Positions 1-8,316 of a stretch of 25,697 nt of DNA are shown one piece after another. Location of the stretch: contig WAHY01000005.1 in the NCBI GenBank assembly GCA_009873635.1, positions 97,564 through 123,260 of the forward strand. Direction: 5' to 3'. Below the pieces are notes generated by a model. That model was not told the origin of the DNA and did no database searches. It worked only from the letters and a program-made list of their open reading frames with translations. Positions within the stretch are counted from its first letter, which is position 1, and every line of letters starts with the position of its first letter. Both the position numbers and the translations under genes were made by a program. The stretch is from Nitrospinota bacterium (GTDB lineage: Bacteria; Nitrospinota; Nitrospinia; Nitrospinales; VA-1).

Positions 1-2737
1 GTTTCAAAGAACCTAGTTTTTTTGAAATCTCAGAGTTTAACCGAGTGACTTCTTTAAGATCCTGGTTGAGACGGTTGCCGATGTCTTCTCTTTGATTCCT
101 GGTGCTTCGCATGCTTCCCTGCCAACGAAATATTTCGGGGTATGTATTTTTAAATAGAACATTGAACTCATTCAAATCGTTTAGTTCGGCTAACTCGTTC
201 AGTGTTTCATACTTTTCCTTTATCATGGGCAGGCTTTCTTTGAATTTCTGAAACCCGCGTGTCCTGAGACTATCTTGTTCTGTAATAGATTGGGATAACT
301 GCTTGCGTGCATCATTGAGGGCTTTAAAGTTTTCGCCTAAATCTTCACTCAGGCTGGAATCGATAGTTTTTTGGCTCAAAGATTTTATCTTTTGCCTGAC
401 TTTTGTTTCTTCCTGCAAAAGCTCTCTCATTTTTATCATGGCTTTGTGTTCATCCAGGTATTTTGAATCTTTATCTAACAAATCCTGTATAGCGGCAACA
501 TCTTTAATCAGTTCATCAAAGAAACTTTTGATCGAAAATTCAAATTGCCTGGCTTGATCGGCACGTAGTTTTTGGTTTATTTCTGAGGTATTTTCGATAA
601 CTTGTTTTTGCTTTTTTTCCAATGACTCAAGTTTGGTTATAGATTCATCAATTTGCTCCATGACCTGGTTGTCTACTAATGAATCCATAGAGGAGCTAGC
701 CTGGTCTAACTGGTTTGAAAGTTCTCTCAGATCTTCAGCAACCTTTTTGAGTTGTTCCAGCGCTTCATCAATTTTTCCCTGATTAGCAAGGTCCTTGATT
801 TTTTCCAACGAAGCCATAGTATCTTCCAGGTTCATGCTCTTGTAGGATTTAGAGTTGAGAAACTCATCCGGTGTTGTCTGGTTCTGTCGGGAGAGTTTAT
901 CCATCATCTTCTGCAAGGTTTGCTGAATCTTGCTCAGCTTGGAATTGAGTTGATTGGAAGTGAGAGGTGATTTTTTATCACGAATATTTTCAAACTCTTC
1001 CCGCAGGGCTTCGGTTAATTGGGAAAGCTGGTCCTCAAGATCCATGACCTGTTCCATTTTCTGCCGGTTGGTCATTTTAATCAGATATAAAATATCCTGC
1101 TCCAGATGAGCGACCATTCTGTTATTAAGAACCGCAACTGAACCCGCATTGAAACCGGCAGGTGTTGGTTTTAAGATCGTGCCCTGTATTTTGTTAATGG
1201 TATTTATCTGATCTTCACGGATGGCTGTCAAACCTTTGATGATACTTGTTAAAAGCGTGAGGTAGGGGCGTGGGAAGTTGTCAAAGTCTTTAGCCTGGTC
1301 CCTTATACGCTGGGCAAGACCGATGATATCTATCAGTGCGTCTGAATGTGAAGAGAGAAGTTTTTTCCCAGAAAGCGGGTCGGTTGTCGTGGTTTTAAGA
1401 ATTTCTCCTTCAACAAGGCCGTTTGCCAGCAGGGCAATCATCTTTTCTGATAACTCTTCCTGGAGACGCACAAGGTTTTCCTGCTCTTTTCTACTATCAA
1501 AAATAACGAAACTATAAATTTCTGACTGGCCTGAGTTGGGACCGGTGACATTATCGTTATCTTTGACTTCCAGGAAGTATTGAACTTCATCACCAGGGTG
1601 CAAACTTTCCAGGGACAGGTTCCAGGAAAAGCTTCCCGTTGAATCCTTTTCCGGTTGTTTGAAGCGTTTAATGCTTTTCGTCAATGTGTCATTGTTGATT
1701 TGGGCGATCAGATCAATTTTGCTGATTCCAAAATCATCGTGGGATTCATAATACATCTGCACAGTGTCGGTTTCATAATAGACAGGTTTGGGGTTGGATG
1801 GAAACAGAATCACCTGGGGTGATTTATCCTGATCAAGCTCAATGGAATGTTTCTCTTTCAAAAGAACTTTTTCGCCATTGGGAGAAGTTATCCTGAATTG
1901 ATAATGTCCTTTTTCCCGCACCATGAAAGACCCTTTCAATTTTTTCAATTCCGTTACATCCATCAGAAAGTGGTCGCGGTTGTTCACTACTAATTCTGCT
2001 TCTTTTATTGGCAGGTTACTGTTACCGGTTATTTGTACTTCGGTGCCAGGGAGAGCTTTGAGTGGGCCTTTGGCCAAAATTTCTCTTTTCAGACTTGTGT
2101 ATGAAGGATATTCCAACTTTAGCATCAGGTCGCTTATATGATAATCGGTTTGTTGGTTTGTTAATTGCGGGGCTTTTTTATTTTCTTTCGGGGTAACCTG
2201 AGCCAACTTTTGCGGATCTGATAAAACCTTGAAGTCGGGCAATAATGCTGTGGCCAGGATTAAGGCAACAAGGGTAACCAGAAAAAGGTTGCGCGCTGGA
2301 ACAGCCCTTTGGCCACTGACTACTGATTCCGGGTCGATGTTCTGAATTTCAGATTGAGTGCGTTGGAGCTGCTCTCGAATGAAAGATAGAGAAAAGGTTT
2401 TATCTTGTGAGCTGGTCAAATGACGTTCCAATTGAACGGCATTGATCAGTGAATTATTCAATTCAGGATATTTTGCTTCAGTCAGGAGGGCGGCACGATC
2501 TTTGTCTATTCTGGATAGCCTGCAGGAAGAGTATAGTCCCAAGCCCAGTAATATTATGATTAGTCCGCACCAACCGTATTTCAAAAATGGGGATTGAAAA
2601 AAAGAAAATAGTCCGCTTATAAGAACATAACCGGCGATAATGGTAAATATGGAATAGGTGGCCTGAATGAATAGGACCCTGTTCCATTTAATCTTAACCC
2701 GGTTGAGAAAGTGGTGGATTTTTGAAGAGGTTTCCAT
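1..2737 (-). CDS. Large membrane-anchored coiled-coil protein, 3'-truncated by the window edge (>=912 aa in window). Architecture resembles the DUF4175 family (identification tentative).
   Basis: Manual translation of the minus strand from ATG (complement of 2735-2737) gives METSSKIHHFLNRVKIKWNRVLFIQATYSIFTIIAGYVLISGLFSFFQSPFLKYGWCGLIIILLGLGLYSS... This is two N-terminal hydrophobic helices followed by >800 aa of E/K/Q/L-rich, heptad-like sequence (e.g. ...LEKIKDLANQGKIDEALEQLKKVAEDLRELSNQLDQ...). I checked the frame at three points (around 2737-2460, 1202-1260 and 2-118) and found it consistent with no stop codon, so the ORF runs off position 1. It is absent from the ORF track because it is incomplete, and no competing long ORF exists on either strand. 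The family assignment is from memory of the architecture only. Confidence 0.6.
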   Translation of the reverse strand, partial: METSSKIHHFLNRVKIKWNRVLFIQATYSIFTIIAGYVLISGLFSFFQSPFLKYGWCGLIIILLGLGLYSSCRLSRIDKDRAALLTEAKYPELNNSLINAVQLERHLTSSQDKTFSLSFIREQLQRTQSEIQNIDPESVVSGQRAVPARNLFLVTLVALILATALLPDFKVLSDPQKLAQVTPKENKKAPQLTNQQTDYHISDLMLKLEYPSYTSLKREILAKGPLKALPGTEVQITGNSNLPIKEAELVVNNRDHFLMDVTELKKLKGSFMVREKGHYQFRITSPNGEKVLLKEKHSIELDQDKSPQVILFPSNPKPVYYETDTVQMYYESHDDFGISKIDLIAQINNDTLTKSIKRFKQPEKDSTGSFSWNLSLESLHPGDEVQYFLEVKDNDNVTGPNSGQSEIYSFVIFDSRKEQENLVRLQEELSEKMIALLANGLVEGEILKTTTTDPLSGKKLLSSHSDALIDIIGLAQRIRDQAKDFDNFPRPYLTLLTSIIKGLTAIREDQINTINKIQGTILKPTPAGFNAGSVAVLNNRMVAHLEQDILYLIKMTNRQKMEQVMDLEDQLSQLTEALREEFENIRDKKSPLTSNQLNSKLSKIQQTLQKMMDKLSRQNQTTPDEFLNSKSYKSMNLEDTMASLEKIKDLANQGKIDEALEQLKKVAEDLRELSNQLDQASSSMDSLVDNQVMEQIDESITKLESLEKKQKQVIENTSEINQKLRADQARQFEFSIKSFFDELIKDVAAIQDLLDKDSKYLDEHKAMIKMRELLQEETKVRQKIKSLSQKTIDSSLSEDLGENFKALNDARKQLSQSITEQDSLRTRGFQKFKESLPMIKEKYETLNELAELNDLNEFNVLFKNTYPEIFRWQGSMRSTRNQREDIGNRLNQDLKEVTRLNSEISKKLGSLK

Positions 2738-2841
2738 AAGCGCTGGTAATAATTCTTTGCTCTTCTAGTTTATTACAGCCCTGTTACGAATCCCAATGAA
2801 TAAAGTGGGCTGAAGTCAATGCGGCTTAAAACCGTATTTTA

Positions 2842-3591
2842 TCAGGCCCCTTTGTCTTTATTGCGCAGGGATTCAAACAGGTCAAACGGTATTGGGATAT
2901 AAGTATGCGTTCCCTCACCATTAGAAAGGTCAAGCAGTGTTTGAAAGAACCGAAGCTGTAGTGCCGGCGGATGGGTCCCGATAAGATCTGCGGCATCACA
3001 GGTTTTCTGTGCTGCTTCAAACTCACCCTGGGCATTGATGACTTTGGCCCTTCTTTCCCGCTCAGCTTCTGCCTGTTTTGCTAAGGCGCGTTGCATTTCC
3101 TGGGGCAGGTCTACATTTTTAACTTCTACATTGGCGACTTTAACTCCCCAGGGTTCAGTTTGTTCATCAATGACTTTTTGCAGGTGAATGTTGATCTCTT
3201 CGCGATTGGACAGCAGGTCGTCAAGAGTGCTTTGTCCTAAAATACTGCGCAAGGTTGTTTGAGAAAGTTGGGAAGTTGCATACAGGTAATCCTCCACCTC
3301 AATAATAGCTTTTTGGGCATCGACAACCCGAAAGTAAATTACAGCATTCACCTTTACGGTTACATTGTCTTTTGTGATGATATCTTGTGGTGGAACATCC
3401 ATCACCACGGTGCGGAGGCTGACTTTGACCATTTTCTGCACTCCGGGCACTACAATAATGATTCCAGGTCCTTTGACTTTCCAGAATCTTCCAAACAGGA
3501 AAATAACCCCCCTTTCATATTCACGCAAAATCTTGAACATGCTGAAAACCAGTAGGGCGAGTATTACTAACGGTGTCATTAGAAAGTCCAT
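2842..3591 (-). CDS. SPFH/band-7 domain protein, stomatin-like (QmcA/YbbK-type)
   Basis: The 249-aa ORF has an N-terminal TM helix and then [14 protein letters not shown]...[31 protein letters not shown]...[22 protein letters not shown]...[18 protein letters not shown]. This is collinear with E. coli QmcA and the stomatin core. The C-terminus carries an A/E/R-rich coiled region. Confidence 0.85.
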   Translation of the reverse strand: MDFLMTPLVILALLVFSMFKILREYERGVIFLFGRFWKVKGPGIIIVVPGVQKMVKVSLRTVVMDVPPQDIITKDNVTVKVNAVIYFRVVDAQKAIIEVEDYLYATSQLSQTTLRSILGQSTLDDLLSNREEINIHLQKVIDEQTEPWGVKVANVEVKNVDLPQEMQRALAKQAEAERERRAKVINAQGEFEAAQKTCDAADLIGTHPPALQLRFFQTLLDLSNGEGTHTYIPIPFDLFESLRNKDKGA

Positions 3592-3691
3592 AACGGGTCT
3601 CCTGATAAATTGGATGGCTCTAATTATGATAACAATTTTTGCGGGCCAAGTCCGGGTTTATATTAGACTTTAACGATGTTAGTATGGGTGT

Positions 3692-4501
3692 ATGTTACGT
3701 TTTCTAAATCGTTCTGCGTTAACCCTTGCAGCTTTGTTTTGTATGGTGTGCTCTTCAGAGGCACAACCCCTGTCGGTCTCCATACAGAACCAGGTGGATG
3801 ATGCTGGCAATGTTAAGCTGGAATTAACCTTGAAGAATTCAGGTGCCGAACCTGTTTATCATGTTCACCCGATGTTTCATTTCCACCACTCGATGTCAAT
3901 GATGACGAAAATTATGCGTCTGGATCCGGGGCAGAGCATAACCCTGGAAAACGACAAACATCCACCTGTGATGAGGGTTGGCAGGTATCCCCTGACTGCA
4001 ATGGTGGAATATTGGCTGGAACCCGATGGCGGGACAAAACAGTCGATTCTGGTCACTGACTCATTTTTTTTCAAGGAGCCTGTGGTATCTGAAGTGGATG
4101 GGAGCCTGAAATCCAAGACAGATATGGATTCCTCCATATTGAAAGTGTTTCTTCAAAATCGTTCAGAGTCCCTCAAAAATATAAGGATGATGCTTTTACT
4201 GCCCCCTGGCATAGAAGCGCAGGACTTTTCGGGAATAGTGGGATTTACCATGCGAGGAGGCGAATCAAGGGAGTTTGACATTCGAGTTTTTCGCCGGGAA
4301 AATCAAGAGCAGGATCGTTTTCCCGTACGCTTGATGATAGAATATGGTGAAATGCTTAAGCATTATTCAGAGGAAATTAATGGTTCGGTGAGATTTTCTC
4401 CGGTTTGGTATTCCGTAAAATATTTTCCGCATATTACTGCTTTGGTGATTATGGTCCTGGTTCTTTTGGGCTATTCTTACAGAGTTTATAACCAAAAATA
4501 G
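3692..4501 (+). CDS. Hypothetical exported protein with a C-terminal membrane anchor
   Basis: The 269-aa ORF has an N-terminal signal-peptide-like segment MLRFLNRSALTLAALFCMVCSSEA|QP. The C-terminus has a hydrophobic helix ITALVIMVLVLLGYSY followed by RVYNQK. I recognise no family from sequence. It is the first gene of a same-strand cluster with ppiC, msrA and ccp. Confidence 0.55.
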   Translation: MLRFLNRSALTLAALFCMVCSSEAQPLSVSIQNQVDDAGNVKLELTLKNSGAEPVYHVHPMFHFHHSMSMMTKIMRLDPGQSITLENDKHPPVMRVGRYPLTAMVEYWLEPDGGTKQSILVTDSFFFKEPVVSEVDGSLKSKTDMDSSILKVFLQNRSESLKNIRMMLLLPPGIEAQDFSGIVGFTMRGGESREFDIRVFRRENQEQDRFPVRLMIEYGEMLKHYSEEINGSVRFSPVWYSVKYFPHITALVIMVLVLLGYSYRVYNQK

Positions 4502-4514
4502 AAAGGATAGTTTT

Positions 4515-4793
4515 ATGACACAAGCGACAGCTAGGCATATCCTGGTTAAGTCCAAAGAAGCCTGTGAAGATTTGAAAAAGAAAATTGAGGGTGGGGCGGA
4601 TTTTGGAGATATGGCCAAGGAGCACTCTGAATGCCCTTCAGGAAGAGATGGGGGCAACCTCGGTTCTTTTGGCCCTGGCCAGATGGTTCCCGAGTTTGAT
4701 ACGGTTGTGTTTAATGAAGAAGTGGGTGCTGTCCACGGTCCCGTGCAGACTTCGTTTGGGTATCACCTGATCGAGATCACCAGCCGAAGTTAG
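4515..4793 (+). CDS. ppiC: Parvulin-type peptidyl-prolyl cis-trans isomerase PpiC
   Basis: The 92-aa product HILVKSKEACEDLKKKIEGGADFGDMAKEHSECPSGRDGGNLGSFGPGQMVPEFDTVVF...FGYHLIEI aligns residue-by-residue with E. coli PpiC (Par10, 93 aa). An SD-like aaagga lies 8 nt upstream. Confidence 0.9.
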   Translation: MTQATARHILVKSKEACEDLKKKIEGGADFGDMAKEHSECPSGRDGGNLGSFGPGQMVPEFDTVVFNEEVGAVHGPVQTSFGYHLIEITSRS

Positions 4794-4802
4794 GAGGAAG
4801 CT

Positions 4803-5270
4803 ATGGAATTGGCCACTTTTGGCGCGGGTTGTTTCTGGGGTGTGGAACTGGCTTTTCAAAAGACAAAAGGTGTGACATCCACTTCTGTAGGTTATACGGG
4901 TGGGACCACAAAAAACCCCACTTATGAAGACGTCTGTACAGGGCGCACCGGTCATGCAGAAGTGGTCCATATGGAGTTTGATCCCAATATCATCTCTTTT
5001 GATGAATTGCTTGAAGTGCTATGGACCTGTCACGATCCGACGACATTAAATCGGCAAGGTCCGGATATAGGCACCCAGTATCGTTCCGCGATTTTTTTTC
5101 ACTCACCGGAACAGGAAGTCTCTGCGAAAGCTTCAAGAGATAAAGCGGACCAATCGGGGCGCTTCAATGCTCCAATTGTTACGGAGATTACTCCTGCTTC
5201 AGAATATTATATTGCTGAAGACTACCACCAGAAATATCTCGAAAAACGAGGTATGGGTAGCTGCCATTAG
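4803..5270 (+). CDS. msrA: Peptide methionine sulfoxide reductase MsrA
   Basis: The 155-aa product contains the MsrA active-site signature [10 protein letters not shown], then GYTGG...NPTYEDVC...GHAEVV...FDP and YHQ(K)YL. An SD aggagg precedes the ATG. Confidence 0.9.
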   Translation: MELATFGAGCFWGVELAFQKTKGVTSTSVGYTGGTTKNPTYEDVCTGRTGHAEVVHMEFDPNIISFDELLEVLWTCHDPTTLNRQGPDIGTQYRSAIFFHSPEQEVSAKASRDKADQSGRFNAPIVTEITPASEYYIAEDYHQKYLEKRGMGSCH

Positions 5271-5324
5271 AGATTAACGTCTATACTTTGTTTGAATGTT
5301 AATGTTTTGCCTGGGAGATATTTT

Positions 5325-6323
5325 ATGAAATGCATTTCTATTTTTACTCTTGCATGCATTATTGGTTTTTTTCCTGTTTCGACTTTTGCTGAAGATTCAT
5401 TCTATGAGCCCGTCCCGGCCATGAAATATCCATCCGATAATAAATGGTCCAAGGACAAGGAAGAACTGGGGAAAATGCTTTATTTTGATCCCCGGCTTTC
5501 CGGCAGCAACTGGATCAGTTGTGCCACATGTCATAATCCCGCATTAGGCTGGAGTGATGGATTGCCTCGAACCATTGGTCATGGCCAGAAAGAACTGGGC
5601 CGACATTCTCCCACAGTGATCAACAGTGGTTATTTTGCAGTGCAGATGTGGGATGGACGTAAAAAGACATTGGAAGATCAGGCTTCAGGACCCATTGGTG
5701 CGGCGGGTGAGATGAACCAGGATTATGATGAGCTGATTCGGGAATTGCAGGCGATTCCCGGTTACGTCGCTCATTTTGACAAGGTTTTTGGCAAGGATTC
5801 CATCACTATAGATAATGTTGCCAGGGCGATTGCCACCTTTGAACGTTCGGTGGTTTCGAAAAACGCGCCCTATGACAAATACTGGGCGGGAGATAAGACC
5901 GCGATGTCTGCTTCCGCAATAAACGGGATGAACCTGTTTTTTGGCAAGGCCAAGTGCTCCATTTGCCATAACGGCCCGGTGTTTACCGACAGCGGATTCC
6001 ATAATATTGGTGTCAAACCTGCTGGTCCCCTGAAAGTTGACCTGGGAAGATATAATGAAAGCAAAGATGACTTCGATAAAGGAGCATTCAAAACTCCGGG
6101 TTTGCGGAGCATCACAAGGTCGGCTCCTTATATGCATAATGGGACTGAATCAACACTTGAAGAAGTTGTCGATTTTTATAATCGGGGTGGGGATGTGAAA
6201 GAAAATATCAGCCCTTTTATAACTCCGTTGGGATTAAAAGATCAGGAAAAAAAGGATCTGGTTGAATTCTTGAAAGCTTTGGATGGGGAACCCATTCTTG
6301 TTACACTTCCAATCCTTCCCTGA
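5325..6323 (+). CDS. Di-haem cytochrome c peroxidase (CCP/MauG family), periplasmic
   Basis: Two CxxCH haem-binding motifs are present (CATCHNP and CSICHNGP), in the spacing and context typical of bacterial di-haem CCP. The first in-frame Met is at 5292. The signal peptide MKCISIFTLACIIGFFPVSTFA and a gggag SD favour the Met at 5325, so the start is ambiguous. Confidence 0.85.
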   Translation: MKCISIFTLACIIGFFPVSTFAEDSFYEPVPAMKYPSDNKWSKDKEELGKMLYFDPRLSGSNWISCATCHNPALGWSDGLPRTIGHGQKELGRHSPTVINSGYFAVQMWDGRKKTLEDQASGPIGAAGEMNQDYDELIRELQAIPGYVAHFDKVFGKDSITIDNVARAIATFERSVVSKNAPYDKYWAGDKTAMSASAINGMNLFFGKAKCSICHNGPVFTDSGFHNIGVKPAGPLKVDLGRYNESKDDFDKGAFKTPGLRSITRSAPYMHNGTESTLEEVVDFYNRGGDVKENISPFITPLGLKDQEKKDLVEFLKALDGEPILVTLPILP

Positions 6324-6341
6324 TTTTTAAAAAATTTGATT

Positions 6342-6371
6342 AAGGCCCCGGTTAACCGTGGCCTTTTTTTG
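6342..6371 (+). terminator. Intrinsic-terminator-like hairpin plus T-run downstream of ccp, also facing the converging DUF423 gene
   Basis: Sequence is aAGGCCcCGGttaaCCGtGGCCTttttttt. The stem is 9 bp with one mismatch and a 4-nt loop, followed by a 7-T run, starting 19 nt after the ccp stop. Confidence 0.6.
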
Positions 6372-6410
6372 TAGTAGAAATACGACAACTTTTTTAAGAG
6401 TACTACCTTT

Positions 6411-6842
6411 CTAGGATTGAGTGCGGTAGTATTTGAAGAGACTGACAGCTAAGGTGAACCAGCCTATCATAAAGCTGAGTCCCCCCAGGGGAGTGATGGG
6501 ACCAAAAAAACGCGGTCCATCAAATGTAAGAACGTAAAGACTGCCACAGAATAATAAAATGCCCACGCTGATCCACTGGGCAGAGCGTTTTAGTTTTGCG
6601 CTTATATCTTCACTCAGAACCAGCATCAGGATTCCAACTGCGATCAAGCCGAGGGCGTGATAGCCGAGGTAATCAGTAGCGGTGTGGAAGGTGGCGAGTT
6701 TCTTTTCAGTCAACCGGGCTTTTAAAGAATGTGCTCCAAACGCACCAAGCATGACACTCAATCCGGCAAGTCCTGCACCAAAAGAAATCCAACTGAGTCC
6801 TGATTGTTTATCACCGATTGAAGTCTTATCATTATCTTCCAT
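6411..6842 (-). CDS. DUF423 family small membrane protein (YgdD/TMEM256-like)
   Basis: The 143-aa ORF has four predicted TM segments. ...GAGLAGLSVMLGAFGAHSLK...YHALGLIAVGIL...LLFCGSLY...ITPLGGLSFMIGWFTLA is collinear with E. coli YgdD (GALGAFGAH..., YQ.FH..LAI, SGSLY, TPVGGVSFLAGW). Confidence 0.75.
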   Translation of the reverse strand: MEDNDKTSIGDKQSGLSWISFGAGLAGLSVMLGAFGAHSLKARLTEKKLATFHTATDYLGYHALGLIAVGILMLVLSEDISAKLKRSAQWISVGILLFCGSLYVLTFDGPRFFGPITPLGGLSFMIGWFTLAVSLFKYYRTQS

Positions 6843-6924
6843 AAAATTTCACCCTGTATTAGGCCGAGATAACCTTTTTCTTTGCAAGAGAAAGCTATTG
6901 CCATTTGCCGGCAGCGTTACGCCG

Positions 6925-8316
6925 CTAACCGACAATGTTATATCGTCTCGCCCGGTACTTCACCTCGAACTCACTATTTACAATATTTTCGCATTGAGCT
7001 TCATCCACGTTTTTCTGGTGCGTGACAATAGTAGCCTGCACTTCTGGGATATATTTTTTAGCCTCGGCAATAAAGTCTTTGATCTTGTCATAGATTCCGT
7101 TTCGGAACATCGGTAGCGGCTGACAGATTTCGTCATAAGCTTCCGAGGTATCTGTATTGAGGCTTACTGAAACTTCATCGATCAAACCTGAAAGTTCAGG
7201 GAGTATATTGCGTTTATTGATGACGTTTCCATGTCCATTGGTGTTCAGCCTCACACGTCCACCGGCATCTTTTATTTTTTTTGCAACTTCCTTGATGACA
7301 TTCAGTCTTAATGTCGGCTCACCAAATCCGCAAAAAACTATCTCGTCGTAATTTTTAACATCGTCGATCGATTCCCAGACTTCTTTTGCTGTGGGTTCCC
7401 GATCCAGTTTAAGGTTATAGCCTTGTACTACAGGCCGGGTCAACCGGGTGCAGAACACGCAATCTGCTGTGCAACGTTGCGTCAGGTTCAGGTAAAGGGA
7501 GTTGCGGATTTTATATGAAACGGTACCGGTTTTAGCATTATCGCCAATGCCGAAAAGCTCGAAGAAGTTGAGGGCCATGGTGCGTTGTACATCCTCAATT
7601 TTCAATCCGCGAATTTCTGCAAGTTTTTCTGCGGTGTAGTTCACATAAGCAGGTTCGTTGCGTTTGCCTCTGTGCGGAACAGGAGTCAGGTAAGGACAGT
7701 CGGTTTCCGCGAACAGTCGGTCCGCCGGAACAGTTTTTGCCACATCCCTCAGGGCTTCGGCTTTCTTAAAAGTTACTGAACCTGAAAAGGAGATATAAAA
7801 GCCCATTTCAAGAGCTTTATCGGCCAGATGCTGATCACCAGAAAAACAGTGGAAAATTCCTGAGTGCCCTGTAGGGTCTTTCGGGTAAAACTCTGACAAT
7901 ATGGCGATGATGTCTTCACTGGCATCCCGGCTATGCACGATGATCGGCTTGTTCATTTTCCGGGCAAGTTCTATCTGCTTGCGAAAATGGATTCGTTGTA
8001 CATCCTGAGGGGAATAGTTTTTGAAATAGTCCAGTCCTATCTCGCCCAGGGCGATGACTTTTGGATGCAGTAATAATTGTCGCAGGTGGGCGTAGGTTTC
8101 GTTGTCAATTGACTTGACATCGTGAGGATGAACACCTGCGGTTGCATAAATGAAGTCATACTGTTCCGACAGCTCCATGGAGCGGTAGCTGCTTTCAACA
8201 TCGCAACCGATATTGATCATATATTGTACGCCGTTCTCGCGTGCGCGTTCTATAACCGCTTCGCGATCTTCGTCATAACTGTCGACATCAATATGCGCGT
8301 GGGTATCAATGATCAT
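6925..8316 (-). CDS. Fusion protein: N-terminal TatD-family metal-dependent hydrolase (YcfH-like) plus C-terminal radical-SAM domain
   Basis: The 463-aa ORF has an N-terminus MIIDTHAHIDVDSYDEDREAVIERA...GVHPHDV...ALGEIGLDY...IIVHSRDA...FHCFSGD...FSGSVTFK...ETDCPYLTPVPHRG, which is the canonical TatD His/Asp/Glu metal-site pattern. From about residue 260 it continues LYLNLTQRCTADCVFCTR (a CX3CX2C radical-SAM cluster motif) ...VFCGFGEPTL...RLNTNG. Its start overlaps the metG stop by 4 nt (ATGA). Confidence 0.8.
   Translation of the reverse strand: MIIDTHAHIDVDSYDEDREAVIERARENGVQYMINIGCDVESSYRSMELSEQYDFIYATAGVHPHDVKSIDNETYAHLRQLLLHPKVIALGEIGLDYFKNYSPQDVQRIHFRKQIELARKMNKPIIVHSRDASEDIIAILSEFYPKDPTGHSGIFHCFSGDQHLADKALEMGFYISFSGSVTFKKAEALRDVAKTVPADRLFAETDCPYLTPVPHRGKRNEPAYVNYTAEKLAEIRGLKIEDVQRTMALNFFELFGIGDNAKTGTVSYKIRNSLYLNLTQRCTADCVFCTRLTRPVVQGYNLKLDREPTAKEVWESIDDVKNYDEIVFCGFGEPTLRLNVIKEVAKKIKDAGGRVRLNTNGHGNVINKRNILPELSGLIDEVSVSLNTDTSEAYDEICQPLPMFRNGIYDKIKDFIAEAKKYIPEVQATIVTHQKNVDEAQCENIVNSEFEVKYRARRYNIVG

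Noticed and set aside
2478-2687. 69-aa minus-strand ORF listed in the track near the start of the large coiled-coil gene
   Set aside because: It lies in a different frame and entirely inside the manually verified long ORF (1-2737). The long ORF's frame encodes coherent TM and coiled-coil sequence, and this one does not.
5685-6137. 150-aa and 81-aa minus-strand ORFs inside ccp, and 9539-9919(-) and 9696-10013(+) inside metG
   Set aside because: They are embedded in genes with unambiguous motif support (CxxCH x2; HIGH/KMSKS) and have no independent signals.
6682-7116. 144-aa plus-strand ORF spanning the DUF423 start, the intergenic gap and the tatD-rSAM 3' end
   Set aside because: It overlaps two well-supported minus-strand genes in antisense, and its translation is low-complexity. 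It is a shadow ORF.
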